Of a stretch of 64,000 nt of DNA, positions 47,557-57,316 are shown piece by piece. The translations under genes and the position numbers were made by a program. Under the pieces are notes generated by a model. The model was given only the letters and a program-made list of their open reading frames with translations, was not told where the DNA came from and did no database searches. Positions within the stretch are counted from its first letter, which is position 1. Each line of letters opens with the position of its first letter. This DNA comes from Leeuwenhoekiella sp. (GTDB lineage: Bacteria > Bacteroidota > Bacteroidia > Flavobacteriales > Flavobacteriaceae), in the NCBI GenBank assembly GCA_049671285.1, contig JBATUQ010000052.1:15774-79773 (forward strand). The letters run 5' to 3'.

Positions 47557-48383
47557 TCTTTTTCTTTTTGTATGCCGTGATAGGTGTAAGAATATCCTTT
47601 TTTCCGCGTGTATTCCCTTATTGCTTTGTTCTTCTTCAGGGTTTCCGGGGTTTTGTATCCTCTGGGATGATCGAGGTGCAAACAGAGGGCGCTGTAGCGT
47701 ATCTGTTTTGACTTAATCCCTCGGTTCATCATTCGCTCTCCCAGTTCGCGGTCTTGTCCTCCGTATTGCATCCTTTCGTCAAGGCCATTGACGGCGAGTA
47801 TATCCGCCTTCCAACCGCTGGCATTATGACCGTTCCAGCTGGCTTTGGTCGGGGTTATGGCGTTCATCAATTTAGCTTTAAAAGGATCGGTATCCAGTTT
47901 GCTGTTCTTGTAGCTGGAAGGCAGCCCATATCGCTTTAGCCATTGCAGGTCAAAACAGCGTTGAGTGCGTACATCGTCTACCGAAATCTCTTGAGAGATA
48001 TTCAGCGGTAGTTTAAAATATCCCCCAGAAAGAAAGTAGCCCGGTTCACGATATTGCAAATGCACTTCCAAAAAGTCTGCCTTTGGTATACAATCGCCGT
48101 CGCTCATTAAAATATAATCTGCATTACAGGCCAGGATCGCTTTATTGAGAATTCGGGATTTTTGAAATCCACAATCTGCCTGCCAAACGTGAGTAATCTT
48201 TACTGGAAAATCTTGGGCCGTAGTGGTTATAAAATCTGCTGTTTCTCGGGTAGAACCATCATCGGCAATCACAACCTCAAAATCCTTTATGGTTTGTTCT
48301 GCATAGCCCCATAAGGTTTTCCGCAGCCAGTCTACCGCATTGTAAGTGCTTATGATTACTGAAATTTTTGGTTTATGTGCCAT
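47553..48383 (-). CDS. Family 2 glycosyltransferase
   Basis: ISVIISTYNAVDWLRKTLWGY...EVVIADDGST...LMSDGDC. The 4-bp overlap with the convergent GT9 gene's end is across strands only. Confidence 0.8.
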   Translation of the reverse strand: MAHKPKISVIISTYNAVDWLRKTLWGYAEQTIKDFEVVIADDGSTRETADFITTTAQDFPVKITHVWQADCGFQKSRILNKAILACNADYILMSDGDCIPKADFLEVHLQYREPGYFLSGGYFKLPLNISQEISVDDVRTQRCFDLQWLKRYGLPSSYKNSKLDTDPFKAKLMNAITPTKASWNGHNASGWKADILAVNGLDERMQYGGQDRELGERMMNRGIKSKQIRYSALCLHLDHPRGYKTPETLKKNKAIREYTRKKGYSYTYHGIQKEKD

Positions 48384-48432
48384 AGATGAATAGACAAAGT
48401 TACACGTTATTTATGAAAAAAGTTGTTTAGTT

Positions 48433-49203
48433 TTGAGCCTGAAGCCTATGGAAAAACTTTCGGTAATTGTACCTACTTACAATGAAGCCCACAATATTGA
48501 AGGGGTGTTGAAGACCGTACAATTCGCCGATGAGATCATTGTGGTAGATAGCTTTAGTACAGATAATACCGTGGCACTTGCAAAACCCCATGCTACCCGT
48601 ATCCTGCAAAGAAAATTTGATTACTCGGCTTCACAAAAAAACTGGACCATTCCCCAAGCCAAACACGAATGGATTTTTTTGCTTGATGCTGATGAGCGTT
48701 GCACCCCGGCACTTGAAGCAGAAATCAAACAGATTCTCAAAAGTCCGCCAAAAGACCTTGCAGGATTTTGGATCTATCGAAAAAATCATTTTATGGGTTC
48801 ACACATTCGGTATAGTGGCTGGCAAAATGATAAGGTTGTACGGCTGTTTAAAAAAAGTCTCTGCAGGTATGAGGACAAACAGGTACACGAGGAAATCATT
48901 GCCCAGGGCAGATTGTATTATTTAGAACACCGCTTACTGCACAATACCTACATTAACCTAGATGCATATATCTCTAAGCTCAATCGGTATGCCTATTTAC
49001 AAGCGCTGGATTATGATGTGACCACAAACCGTTTAAACCCTTTTCATTTTTTTATAAAACCTTCCTGGCGCTTTTTTAAGCACTACTTTCTGCAACAGGG
49101 ATTCCGTGATGGGGTACCGGGCTTCGTGATCAGCTTTTCGGCGAGCTACAGCATCGTGATGCGATATACTAAATTGTGGTTGTACCGCCGTGGCGAGCGA
49201 TAA
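48433..49203 (+). CDS. Family 2 glycosyltransferase (LPS core type)
   Basis: LSVIVPTYNEAHNIEGVL...IIVVDSFSTDNT...FLLDADE. Confidence 0.8.
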   Translation: MSLKPMEKLSVIVPTYNEAHNIEGVLKTVQFADEIIVVDSFSTDNTVALAKPHATRILQRKFDYSASQKNWTIPQAKHEWIFLLDADERCTPALEAEIKQILKSPPKDLAGFWIYRKNHFMGSHIRYSGWQNDKVVRLFKKSLCRYEDKQVHEEIIAQGRLYYLEHRLLHNTYINLDAYISKLNRYAYLQALDYDVTTNRLNPFHFFIKPSWRFFKHYFLQQGFRDGVPGFVISFSASYSIVMRYTKLWLYRRGER

Positions 49204-49231
49204 TTATAAAAGTAAGCAGAAATTTTTTCGC

Positions 49232-49522
49232 TTAAAGCGAAATCACCCCATCCACGACACTGACCTCTTTGTACTTTTTGATTACGTGGTCAGGATCTTT
49301 CATTCGCACATTAATAGAAACACTGGTAAATTTGCCGGTACGTGAAGCCGTTGTTTTGATCACCGCACCCATATTGTCAAAAATTTTCTCAATCTGTTTG
49401 ATTTTCTGCTCGTCGCTGGTGACTATAAATTTAAACAGATACTCAGATGGCCAAGACGATGTTTCTTCCAGGCGCGCCCTGAGTTTGTCATAAAATTCTT
49501 CGGGGTTTTTGTTCTTTTCCAT
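49232..49522 (-). CDS. DUF493 (YbeD/UPF0250)-family protein
   Basis: 96 aa. SEYLFKFIVTSDEQ...VSINVRMKDPDHVIKKYKEV matches the YbeD fold family pattern. Confidence 0.7.
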   Translation of the reverse strand: MEKNKNPEEFYDKLRARLEETSSWPSEYLFKFIVTSDEQKIKQIEKIFDNMGAVIKTTASRTGKFTSVSINVRMKDPDHVIKKYKEVSVVDGVISL

Positions 49523-49638
49523 CGTGATTTTTCAAAATGCAAAGATACACGGAAATAACAGATTTTAGAAGTTGCCGTACCTTTGACGTTTAGTTTTGGC
49601 TGCTGCCAAAGAAATTAAGAAAGAAAGAAAACTTCGAC

Positions 49639-50178
49639 ATGTCCGGGAATACCAAACGCATTTTACTCATTGGCGGGCCCAGTACCGGTAAGACCACACT
49701 TTTAGAAGCTTTAAAAGAAGATGGATACGTTTGTTACGAAGAAATTTCACGTGAAGTAACACGAGCCGCACAAGAGCAGGGCATTGACCAATTGTTCCTA
49801 ACAGACCCGCTGCTTTTTAGCCAAAAATTGTTGGAAGGCCGGATTGCCCAATTTGAGAATGCCACTGAGGAAAATTCTGAATTGGTTTTTATAGACCGCG
49901 GCATCCCCGATGTATTGGCCTATATGGATTATGTAAATCAAGACTATCCAGAAAATTTTGGTCAGGCTTGCCAGGACTACCGGTATGACCTTGTCTTTGC
50001 GCTTCCGCCGTGGCGGGAAATACATCAAACCGATCAAGAACGCTACGAAAGTTTTGATCAGGCCATCGCCATACAGCAGCAGCTCATTAAAACGTATGAG
50101 CATTTCTCATATCACCCCATAATGGTTCCCAAAACATCGGTTGCCTCACGCAAGGATTTTATCCTTCAACACATTTAG
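49639..50178 (+). CDS. P-loop NTPase (AAA_28/NadR-like predicted ATPase)
   Basis: ILLIGGPSTGKTTLLEAL Walker A and ELVFIDRG Walker B-like. 179 aa. Confidence 0.6.
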   Translation: MSGNTKRILLIGGPSTGKTTLLEALKEDGYVCYEEISREVTRAAQEQGIDQLFLTDPLLFSQKLLEGRIAQFENATEENSELVFIDRGIPDVLAYMDYVNQDYPENFGQACQDYRYDLVFALPPWREIHQTDQERYESFDQAIAIQQQLIKTYEHFSYHPIMVPKTSVASRKDFILQHI

Positions 50179-50179
50179 C

Positions 50180-52081
50180 GTGGACGAAATCAGGGAAACA
50201 CTTAAGAAATATTGGGGCTTTGAAAATTTCAGGCCGTGTCAGGAAGCCATTGTTAAACAAGTGCTTAACAAACGGGATGCGCTCGCCCTCCTGCCAACTG
50301 GCGGCGGGAAGTCAATCTGCTATCAACTACCGGCCGTAACACAGCCTGGGATCGCACTGGTCATTTCCCCGTTGCTTTCCTTGATGAAAGATCAGGTCAA
50401 CAGACTCACCGAACTGGGCATCAAAGCGACGTATATCCCTGGCGGCACGTCTTTGCAAGAGGTAGATACAATTTTAGACAACTGCATTTACGGAAATTAT
50501 AAACTGCTTTACCTATCACCAGAACGCGCCCAGCAGGAACTGGTCGTTGAGCGGATTAAAAAAATGGACGTTTCCCTTTTGGCTGTTGATGAAGCTCATT
50601 GCATTTCGCAATGGGGCCATGACTTCCGTCAGGCATACAGACAAATAAAGGAACTTCGGGAACATATCCCCGAAGTGCCGTGCCTGGCTTTGACCGCTAC
50701 AGCAACGCCAAAGGTTGTGGGCGATATTCAAGAGCAGTTGGGACTGCCAAAAGAAGCCATTTTCCAGACCAGTTTTAAACGGGAAAACTTAAGTTATGTG
50801 GTACGCACGACCGAGGATAAGGTTTATGATCTTATCCAAATTTTGAAGCACCGCAAAGAAAGTAGCATCATCTACGTGCGAAGCCGGAAAACCGCAAAGC
50901 ACTATGCAGAATTATTGAATACCAACGGTATCCCTGCTCATTTTTACCACGGCGGACTTAACCTTTCCCAGCGCGATAAATTTCAGAAAGACTGGATGGA
51001 CGAAAAAGTACGTGCGATGGTGGCGACCAATGCTTTTGGGATGGGAATCGATAAGGGAAATGTGGGAACGGTGGTTCACGTTGAGCTACCGGAAAGTCTG
51101 GAGAGTTATTTTCAGGAGGCGGGAAGGGCAGGCCGAAATGGCAAACCAGCGGTAAGCGTGATCCTTTTTCACCCTTCAGACCAAGACCGGTTGCAAAACC
51201 AGTTCATTTCCGTTCTACCGGATGCTTCGGCCGTAAAGCTGATCTATAAAAAACTGGTCTCTTATTTCCGAATTTCATTTGGGGAAGGCCAAGAGGAATA
51301 TTTTCCGTTCAACTTCAGTGAATTTTGTAAAACGTACGGCCTCAACACCCTTTTGGCCTACAACACATTAACAATACTGGACCGCACCGGAGTTTTAACC
51401 CTTTCGCAGGAATTTAAAAGTACTACTTCCCTTAAACTGGAAACCACACCCTTGCAGCTCACCCATTACTTGATCCGCAATGCGGCGCTTGATGGTGCGG
51501 TAAAAACCATCCTGCGAACCTATAGCGGTATTTTTGATGAGGAAGTACAAATTGATCTTGCGACCATTTCACGCAAGTCTAACATCGCTATTGCCAAGAT
51601 CCACGAAACCCTACTGCAACTGGATCGCGAGGAACTGGCCACTTATACTTATACCAGCTATGATTCTGGTGTGCTGTTTTTGGTACCGCGTGAGGACGAG
51701 CATACCTGGAACCCCGTACTGCCTTACGTTAAGCAGCAACGGAAACAAAAGATTACACAGGTCAAATCTGTTCTGTATTTCGTAAAGCAGCAAGAGCATT
51801 GCAGAAGCACTCTTTTGCTGAGATACTTCGGTGAAAGCCAAAAAGAGCCTTGTGGAATTTGCGATATTTGCAAAAAGACCCAAAACAGATCGGGCAGTTC
51901 TTCTAAAAAGAAAAGCTATAAAGCACAGATATTAGAAGCTGTCGCAGAAGCACCAAAAAATTCACGCGAGCTCGAAAACGCGCTCAAGTTGCCCAAAGAA
52001 GTCCTTTTGGCAAACCTGAAAGAGCTGCTCGTTGAAGAAAAAATCAAACTCAATCCTTCAAACCGATTTCAAAAACCATAA
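50180..52081 (+). CDS. recQ: ATP-dependent DNA helicase RecQ
   Basis: LLPTGGGKSICYQLPA, DEAHCISQWGHDFR, a zinc-binding CxxC...CxxC cluster, and C-terminal winged-helix and HRDC regions. Start taken at the GTG immediately after the upstream stop (VDEIRETLKKYWGF), not the overlapping ATG at 50141. Confidence 0.9.
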   Translation: MDEIRETLKKYWGFENFRPCQEAIVKQVLNKRDALALLPTGGGKSICYQLPAVTQPGIALVISPLLSLMKDQVNRLTELGIKATYIPGGTSLQEVDTILDNCIYGNYKLLYLSPERAQQELVVERIKKMDVSLLAVDEAHCISQWGHDFRQAYRQIKELREHIPEVPCLALTATATPKVVGDIQEQLGLPKEAIFQTSFKRENLSYVVRTTEDKVYDLIQILKHRKESSIIYVRSRKTAKHYAELLNTNGIPAHFYHGGLNLSQRDKFQKDWMDEKVRAMVATNAFGMGIDKGNVGTVVHVELPESLESYFQEAGRAGRNGKPAVSVILFHPSDQDRLQNQFISVLPDASAVKLIYKKLVSYFRISFGEGQEEYFPFNFSEFCKTYGLNTLLAYNTLTILDRTGVLTLSQEFKSTTSLKLETTPLQLTHYLIRNAALDGAVKTILRTYSGIFDEEVQIDLATISRKSNIAIAKIHETLLQLDREELATYTYTSYDSGVLFLVPREDEHTWNPVLPYVKQQRKQKITQVKSVLYFVKQQEHCRSTLLLRYFGESQKEPCGICDICKKTQNRSGSSSKKKSYKAQILEAVAEAPKNSRELENALKLPKEVLLANLKELLVEEKIKLNPSNRFQKP

Positions 52082-52086
52082 CTACC

Positions 52087-53031
52087 ATGCGCATTGTTTT
52101 TATGGGCACTCCAGATTTTGCAGTGGCCAGCCTCAAAGCTTTAAATGATTCTTCACACGAGATCGCCGGCGTAATTACAGCTCCCGATCGCCGAGCAGGC
52201 CGCGGCCAAAAACTACGGCAAAGTGCGGTCAAAGAGTTTGCAGATACAAAAAACCTTAGAGTTTTGCAACCTACCAATCTAAAAGATGATAGTTTTATCA
52301 AAGACTTGAAAGCGCTTCGGGCAGACCTTTTTGTAGTCGTCGCCTTCAGGATGTTGCCGGAAGTAGTTTGGCGGATGCCAGAGAAAGGTACCTTTAACCT
52401 ACACGCTTCCCTACTGCCCCAATACCGTGGAGCCGCGCCCATCAACTGGGCCATTATGAACGGAGAAACAGAAACCGGGGTCACCACTTTCTTTATTGAT
52501 GAGCAGATTGATACCGGTGCGATCATTTATCAGGAAAGGGTTCCTATTGAACCCTCTGAAAACGCGGGGTCGCTTCACAATAAATTGATGGTAGCGGGCA
52601 GTACACTTGTATTGAAGACCGTTGAGGCCATCGCCGCTGGTTCTGTCGTCACACATACCCAACCGAAGCCTGCACAGCAAAAGACCGCTTATAAATTAAA
52701 CCGGGACAACACCAAAATCGACTGGGCGAGGCCCGTTAAAGAAATTCATGACCACATCAGGGGACTGAGTCCATATCCTGTGGCCTGGAGCAACTTTGGC
52801 GCAGATGGCAGCACTAGGCAGATAAAAATCTATGCTGCCGAAGTATTGGATACCGGTAAGGCAAATTCAGATAATTTTGGAACAATTCAAATAAGTGATA
52901 ATCGTATCCTGATTCCTTTAATAGATGGTATTTTATCCCTTGCAGATATTCAATTATCCGGCAAAAAAAGGATGGACGTGAAATCGCTCTTAAATGGATA
53001 CACCTTTGCTAAAGGAAGTAAAATGTTCTGA
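52087..53031 (+). CDS. fmt: Methionyl-tRNA formyltransferase
   Basis: MRIVFMGTPDFAVASLKAL...LHASLLPQYRGAAPINWAI. Confidence 0.9.
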   Translation: MRIVFMGTPDFAVASLKALNDSSHEIAGVITAPDRRAGRGQKLRQSAVKEFADTKNLRVLQPTNLKDDSFIKDLKALRADLFVVVAFRMLPEVVWRMPEKGTFNLHASLLPQYRGAAPINWAIMNGETETGVTTFFIDEQIDTGAIIYQERVPIEPSENAGSLHNKLMVAGSTLVLKTVEAIAAGSVVTHTQPKPAQQKTAYKLNRDNTKIDWARPVKEIHDHIRGLSPYPVAWSNFGADGSTRQIKIYAAEVLDTGKANSDNFGTIQISDNRILIPLIDGILSLADIQLSGKKRMDVKSLLNGYTFAKGSKMF

Positions 53032-53216
53032 TGCCCTGTATTTACTGACTTGTCCAAAGTTCTTAAATTTTTGGGATGGTTATCAACAATACGTTAAAGT
53101 TATCAACATTAACCCGGATTTCCTGCGCTATTACTTGCCTGAACGGAATATCCGTCTAAATTTGTTACAGATACGTTTAACTGAAAATCAATTTAAAATT
53201 TTTTAACCTTTTAATT

Positions 53217-53489
53217 ATGAATAAATCAGACCTAATAGATGCAATGGCAGAAGATGCCGGTATCACCAAAGCAGCAGCCAAAAAATCCCTCGAATCGTTT
53301 TTGAGCAATGTTGAATCAACACTAAAAAAAGGAGATCGTCTATCACTGGTAGGCTTCGGATCTTGGTCAGTATCAAAACGTGCTGCCCGTGAAGGAAGAA
53401 ATCCTCAAACCGGGAAAACCATCCAGATTGCAGCCAAGAATGTTGTAAAGTTTAAGGCTGGATCAGAACTCTCTGATGCAGTAAACTAA
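53217..53489 (+). CDS. hup: HU-family DNA-binding protein
   Basis: MNKSDLIDAMAE...LVGFGSWSVSKRAAREGRNPQTGKTIQIAAKNVVKFKAG is the HU arm. Confidence 0.9.
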   Translation: MNKSDLIDAMAEDAGITKAAAKKSLESFLSNVESTLKKGDRLSLVGFGSWSVSKRAAREGRNPQTGKTIQIAAKNVVKFKAGSELSDAVN

Positions 53490-53510
53490 GAAACAGCAAC
53501 TTATACAAGT

Positions 53511-53540
53511 TTAAAACCCTCAATCTTGAGGGTTTTTTTA
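53511..53540 (+). terminator. Rho-independent terminator after the HU gene
   Basis: AAACCCTCAA-TCTT-GAGGGTTT perfect stem followed by TTTTTTATTT. Confidence 0.8.
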
Positions 53541-53602
53541 TTTATTACTATGTAACTTTGATATATCATAAAAAAAACCTAGTTTAGTTTTAAGTTTATT
53601 TT

Positions 53603-54163
53603 ATGACTACAAGTGATCTAACAAGTGGGAATTTACTTATAGCAGAGCCATCGATCATTGGGGATGCTTCCTTTGCACGTTCTGTTATCCTGCTCGCCAA
53701 TCACAATGCAGAAGGCTCGGTAGGTTTTATACTGAACAAGCCACTTAGTTTCACTCTAGAGGATCTTGTTCCCGAGGCACATTCTGATATTCAGGTATTT
53801 AATGGCGGGCCTGTGGAACAGGACAATCTGTATTTTATACACAAAGTTCCTGATCTTATACCCAACAGCATTGAGATCGCCTCTGGAATTTACTGGGGCG
53901 GTGACTTCGCCAAAGTGCTAAAACTCTTACAGTCCAATGAAATTTCCCCGGAAGAAATCAGGTTCTTTTTAGGCTATAGCGGCTGGGCATCTGAGCAACT
54001 TTCAGAAGAACTGGAGTCCCGAAGTTGGATTGTGGTGGAAAATACCCACGAAAAAGACATCATCAGTAAATGTGTCCCAGATTTTTGGAAAGAAAAAATC
54101 ACGGAACTTGGCGGTGATTATTTGATTTGGTCCAACGCTCCCGAAAATCCTTCTTATAATTAA
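53603..54163 (+). CDS. YqgE/AlgH-family protein (UPF0301)
   Basis: GNLLIAEPSIIGDASFARSVILLANHNAEGSVGFILNKP is the family's N-terminal motif. Confidence 0.8.
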   Translation: MTTSDLTSGNLLIAEPSIIGDASFARSVILLANHNAEGSVGFILNKPLSFTLEDLVPEAHSDIQVFNGGPVEQDNLYFIHKVPDLIPNSIEIASGIYWGGDFAKVLKLLQSNEISPEEIRFFLGYSGWASEQLSEELESRSWIVVENTHEKDIISKCVPDFWKEKITELGGDYLIWSNAPENPSYN

Positions 54164-54183
54164 ATTTAGGAATTCTGCCCTGT

Positions 54184-55026
54184 TCAACTTCCCAATCTTA
54201 TCATGGCGTTTAATTTACCCAATAGTTCTTTGGCAACTTCATTACCGTAGGCTTTCTTACGATACTTGCTAATGGGCTGAATACCTACAATCGCGTTGGT
54301 AATGAACAGTTCATCTGCTTTTTGCAACTCAAATGGTGAAATGACAGCCTCTTCTACCGTGAAGCCATCTAATGTTTTAAGCATATCCAGCAATTGCTTC
54401 CTGATAATGCCCCGCAAACAGCCCGAATCCAGAGGTGGTGTTTTTATATGTTTCCCTTTCACCAAGAACAGGTTGCCATTAAGGGCTTCGACAACCATCT
54501 TATTATTATTTACCAGCAAACAATTTTCCAAGTTGTTTTCCTTGGCATAGATGCTTCCGGTTATATTAATAAGCTTACTGGTCGTCTTGAGGGTAGTTAA
54601 CAGGTCTGCATTGAGATAATGGTCTTTATAGATATCCACTTCGTAATCATCAGCACCAAGGGTAAAAAATGGGGTCTTTAGCGCTTTCGCGAATGCAAAA
54701 TAACCCACCTTGTTGTCCGTGGGCAAATACGTACCACCGGGACTGCGAAATACCGTAAGGCGAACCCGCGCAGCGCTTTTCTCAAGGTTATTGGCAGCAA
54801 TCGTTTCCAGCAATTGCTGTTGCAGGTATTCTGGTGTAAATTCCATAGGGATTTCCATACGTAAAATACGCATCGAGGCCATTAACCTGAAATAGTGGTC
54901 TTCCCAAAAGTTGAGTTTTCCGGCACTGTACCGTATAGTTTCAAATAAGCCATCACCGTAAAGCAGCGCACGATTGTACGGGGAAATTTCTGGTTTCTCG
55001 ACAAGTTCACCGTTAAAGTTGATCAT
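54184..55026 (-). CDS. Class IV aminotransferase (branched-chain aminotransferase / aminodeoxychorismate lyase family)
   Basis: LLYGDGLFETIRY and the fold IV pattern. 280 aa. Confidence 0.75.
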   Translation of the reverse strand: MINFNGELVEKPEISPYNRALLYGDGLFETIRYSAGKLNFWEDHYFRLMASMRILRMEIPMEFTPEYLQQQLLETIAANNLEKSAARVRLTVFRSPGGTYLPTDNKVGYFAFAKALKTPFFTLGADDYEVDIYKDHYLNADLLTTLKTTSKLINITGSIYAKENNLENCLLVNNNKMVVEALNGNLFLVKGKHIKTPPLDSGCLRGIIRKQLLDMLKTLDGFTVEEAVISPFELQKADELFITNAIVGIQPISKYRKKAYGNEVAKELLGKLNAMIRLGS

Positions 55027-55079
55027 AAAAAAATCCCTTGGGTTACAAGGGACAAATATACGTTTCCTATGTGGCTCAA

Positions 55080-55472
55080 TCAGGTGCTTCCAATCACGTG
55101 TTTGAGTTCTGCGATTTGATTTTCCCAGAACATTTTTCCCTCATCGATTTCATCCTCTTCGGCAAAATCTGTTACGATAAGTGAGACATCTTTTGTAATC
55201 TCATCAACCACAATTCGCAGTTCGAAAAAGTAGGGTACCTCGTCGTCCACATCATCCATCCAGCGGAACTTAATGCGCTCGCCGCTCTTCTTTCCTAAAA
55301 GCTTGGCTTTTTCTTCACTGCCGTTCCAAATAAAGGTGTAATACTCACCCCGGGAATTGACATTATCGGCAAACCATTCTGACATCCCAGAAGGGGTTGA
55401 CATGTATTGATACAGCAGGGATGGTGACGCCTGCACTACAAATTCGATCTCAAACTTTACTTTATCTTCCAT
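55080..55472 (-). CDS. SRPBCC/START-like small protein
   Basis: 130 aa, alpha+beta composition of AHSA1/START-like proteins. Weak call. Confidence 0.4.
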   Translation of the reverse strand: MEDKVKFEIEFVVQASPSLLYQYMSTPSGMSEWFADNVNSRGEYYTFIWNGSEEKAKLLGKKSGERIKFRWMDDVDDEVPYFFELRIVVDEITKDVSLIVTDFAEEDEIDEGKMFWENQIAELKHVIGST

Positions 55473-55646
55473 ACATATATCGGTTACCGCACCAATATAG
55501 ATATTCTCCTAAAACTACAAAAGGGATTGGTAAATATTTAATTGCGCTTTTTCGCGCTTGCAGTGATAAGAATTGTTGTTATATTTGCAGCCGCTAAAGA
55601 AAAACCGAGCATTTGTTTAAAGCAAGGAATTTTTAGTAAAAGTTAT

Positions 55647-55720
55647 GGCGAGGTAGCTCAGCTGGTTAGAGCGTCGGATTCATAACCCGGAGGTCGGGGG
55701 ATCGTGCCCCCCTCTCGCTA
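55647..55720 (+). tRNA. tRNA with CAT anticodon (Met / fMet / Ile2-lysidine class)
   Basis: GGCGAGG-TA-GCTC-AGCTGGTTA-GAGC-G-TCGGA-TTCATAA-CCCGG-AGGTC-GGGGG-ATCGTGC-CCCCC-TCTCGCT-A. Canonical D-arm. The 7-nt anticodon loop has T33 and CAT at 34-36. The T-loop has swapped A54/T58. The acceptor has two G-U pairs. CCA is not encoded. Confidence 0.75.
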
Positions 55721-55760
55721 CTTTAAGAAAGTCGATCTTTATGGTCGGCTTTGTTTATTT

Positions 55761-55982
55761 ATGGAACACGTGGTTTACATCCTGTATTCGTTCAAGCACC
55801 GAAAGTCCTATATCGGGGAAACCGCTTCCCTTATTTCAAGGTTCCATTCCCACAACACATTTGCCAAAAAAGGCTGGACGGTAAAATACCGGCCTTGGAT
55901 GGTCTTGCACTTGGAGGTTGTTGAAAATAGAAAGGAAGCACTCAGGCGGGAAAAATGGCTCAAGACAGGTGCGGGCAACTAG
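55761..55982 (+). CDS. Small GIY-YIG nuclease-family protein (tRNA-adjacent type)
   Basis: MEHVVYILYSFKHRKSYIGETASLISRFHSHNT...GWTVKYRPWMVLHLEVVENRKEALRREKWLKTGAG is the GIY-YIG core. The listed ORF start at 55704 (GTG) overlaps the tRNA and is an artefact. The internal ATG is used. Confidence 0.8.
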   Translation: MEHVVYILYSFKHRKSYIGETASLISRFHSHNTFAKKGWTVKYRPWMVLHLEVVENRKEALRREKWLKTGAGN

Positions 55983-56149
55983 ACTAGCACCCGTTTATTG
56001 ATCAAATGCCAATTCCAACATCAGGGAAATTTCTATCTGGAAACTTAATTAACCTTCATTACTAACAATTTTACAACAAGAATATTAAATAGACATTTTG
56101 ATAAGTTCCTCTTCTGTAAAAGATTTAGAAGTTCAGTGAATCCTCAAAA

Positions 56150-56182
56150 TGAAAATAGCGGGTTAGAACCCGCTATTCTTAA
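56150..56182 (-). terminator. Intrinsic terminator downstream of the Sus-locus lipoprotein gene (minus strand)
   Basis: Minus-strand AATAGCGGGTTCTAACCCGCTATT hairpin followed by TTCATTTTGAGG (T-rich). Confidence 0.6.
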
Positions 56183-56227
56183 AATCTTCAAATAGTCCAA
56201 AAACAATTAAGTCCCATTATTAAATTT

Positions 56228-57280
56228 TCAGTTATCAATTTCTACATCGAATTCTTCAAAAGTCACATCTCTATTTCTCATTACCAGCGTGTCCCGTACA
56301 GTGTGACTTTCATTGTTTACGGTATCCGTGTATTGATAGTTCAAATAAATTGCATTACGGGATTGTCCGCCCCATTCTTCTTGATCCTCCGCCCACATAG
56401 CAGAACCAGAAACATCGTAAGCGTGGTCCCCAAAACTGGTCACTGTACCCGTGTTATTATCCATGAAGAGTACTTCAAAATTAACTTCTCCAGGGCTTGA
56501 TAGTGAATCTCTGCGAACAATGTTAGAAAGTTCAACGCTATTTCTACCAGTGGTAGTGACCTTAACGGTTTCGTCCCGTACAACAAATTCATCTCGGTAA
56601 ACCGTACTAATTGTCTCCCCGGCATCATTAGTCAATATATCAACGCCTCTTCTTAAATAAACTCCCTCAAATTCATTCATAAATTTGATACCGTATAATG
56701 TATAGTCCTTAGGTAATACTTCCCAATCTGAGTCAACAATTTTACGAGGATTTGCAACACCACCAGCCACCACACCGACCAGAAGGCTGTCTAAACCGTC
56801 AAAATCAGTGATGCGCAAGGGAATTACATAGTTGACTTCATTGTTAGGTGCAAAGGATAACGTATCTTCAAAAAATGCATCATTGAGCTGTACGGGTATT
56901 CGCCCCTTTATTGAACCGGCAGGAATAGTCAAAGGGCTCTCCTGCTCTAGGGTATAATAAGAGGGTGGTAAAACCTGAACGTTTACAGAACTTACTCCTA
57001 AAGAAACAGGATCAATCAACTCTGGTGCTACTTCAAAGAAAACACGTCTGTCGGTATCATTGCTGTATACACCAGACATAGTTACTCCCATCACAAAACG
57101 ACCTGCGTTGTCGTTATCATTGAACCCCAACTCGTAGTCTCCCAGTATAAGTTTTCGAACAGGAGTTTGAAATGGGAAATAAACCGCTGTTGTTCCAAAG
57201 TCATCAAACTCAAATTCCTGATTCTCGCAGGCAATCAAGCCAATTACGATTGCAACCAGTACCAAATATTTCGTTTTCAT
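56228..57280 (-). CDS. Sus-locus-associated surface lipoprotein (DUF1735/DUF4361-like beta-sandwich)
   Basis: Lipoprotein signal VIGLIACENQ. Beta-rich. Sits immediately downstream of SusC/SusD in the same orientation. Confidence 0.5.
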   Translation of the reverse strand: MKTKYLVLVAIVIGLIACENQEFEFDDFGTTAVYFPFQTPVRKLILGDYELGFNDNDNAGRFVMGVTMSGVYSNDTDRRVFFEVAPELIDPVSLGVSSVNVQVLPPSYYTLEQESPLTIPAGSIKGRIPVQLNDAFFEDTLSFAPNNEVNYVIPLRITDFDGLDSLLVGVVAGGVANPRKIVDSDWEVLPKDYTLYGIKFMNEFEGVYLRRGVDILTNDAGETISTVYRDEFVVRDETVKVTTTGRNSVELSNIVRRDSLSSPGEVNFEVLFMDNNTGTVTSFGDHAYDVSGSAMWAEDQEEWGGQSRNAIYLNYQYTDTVNNESHTVRDTLVMRNRDVTFEEFDVEIDN

Positions 57281-57316
57281 ATCTAAAAATATTATTATTA
57301 ATCAGGAAATAAAACC

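Noticed and set aside
55704-55760. GIY-YIG ORF start at GTG 55704 (MPPSRYFKK...)
   Set aside because: The first 17 codons overlap the 3' half of the tRNA gene on the same strand. The internal ATG at 55761 (MEHVVYILYS...) gives a normal-length GIY-YIG protein.
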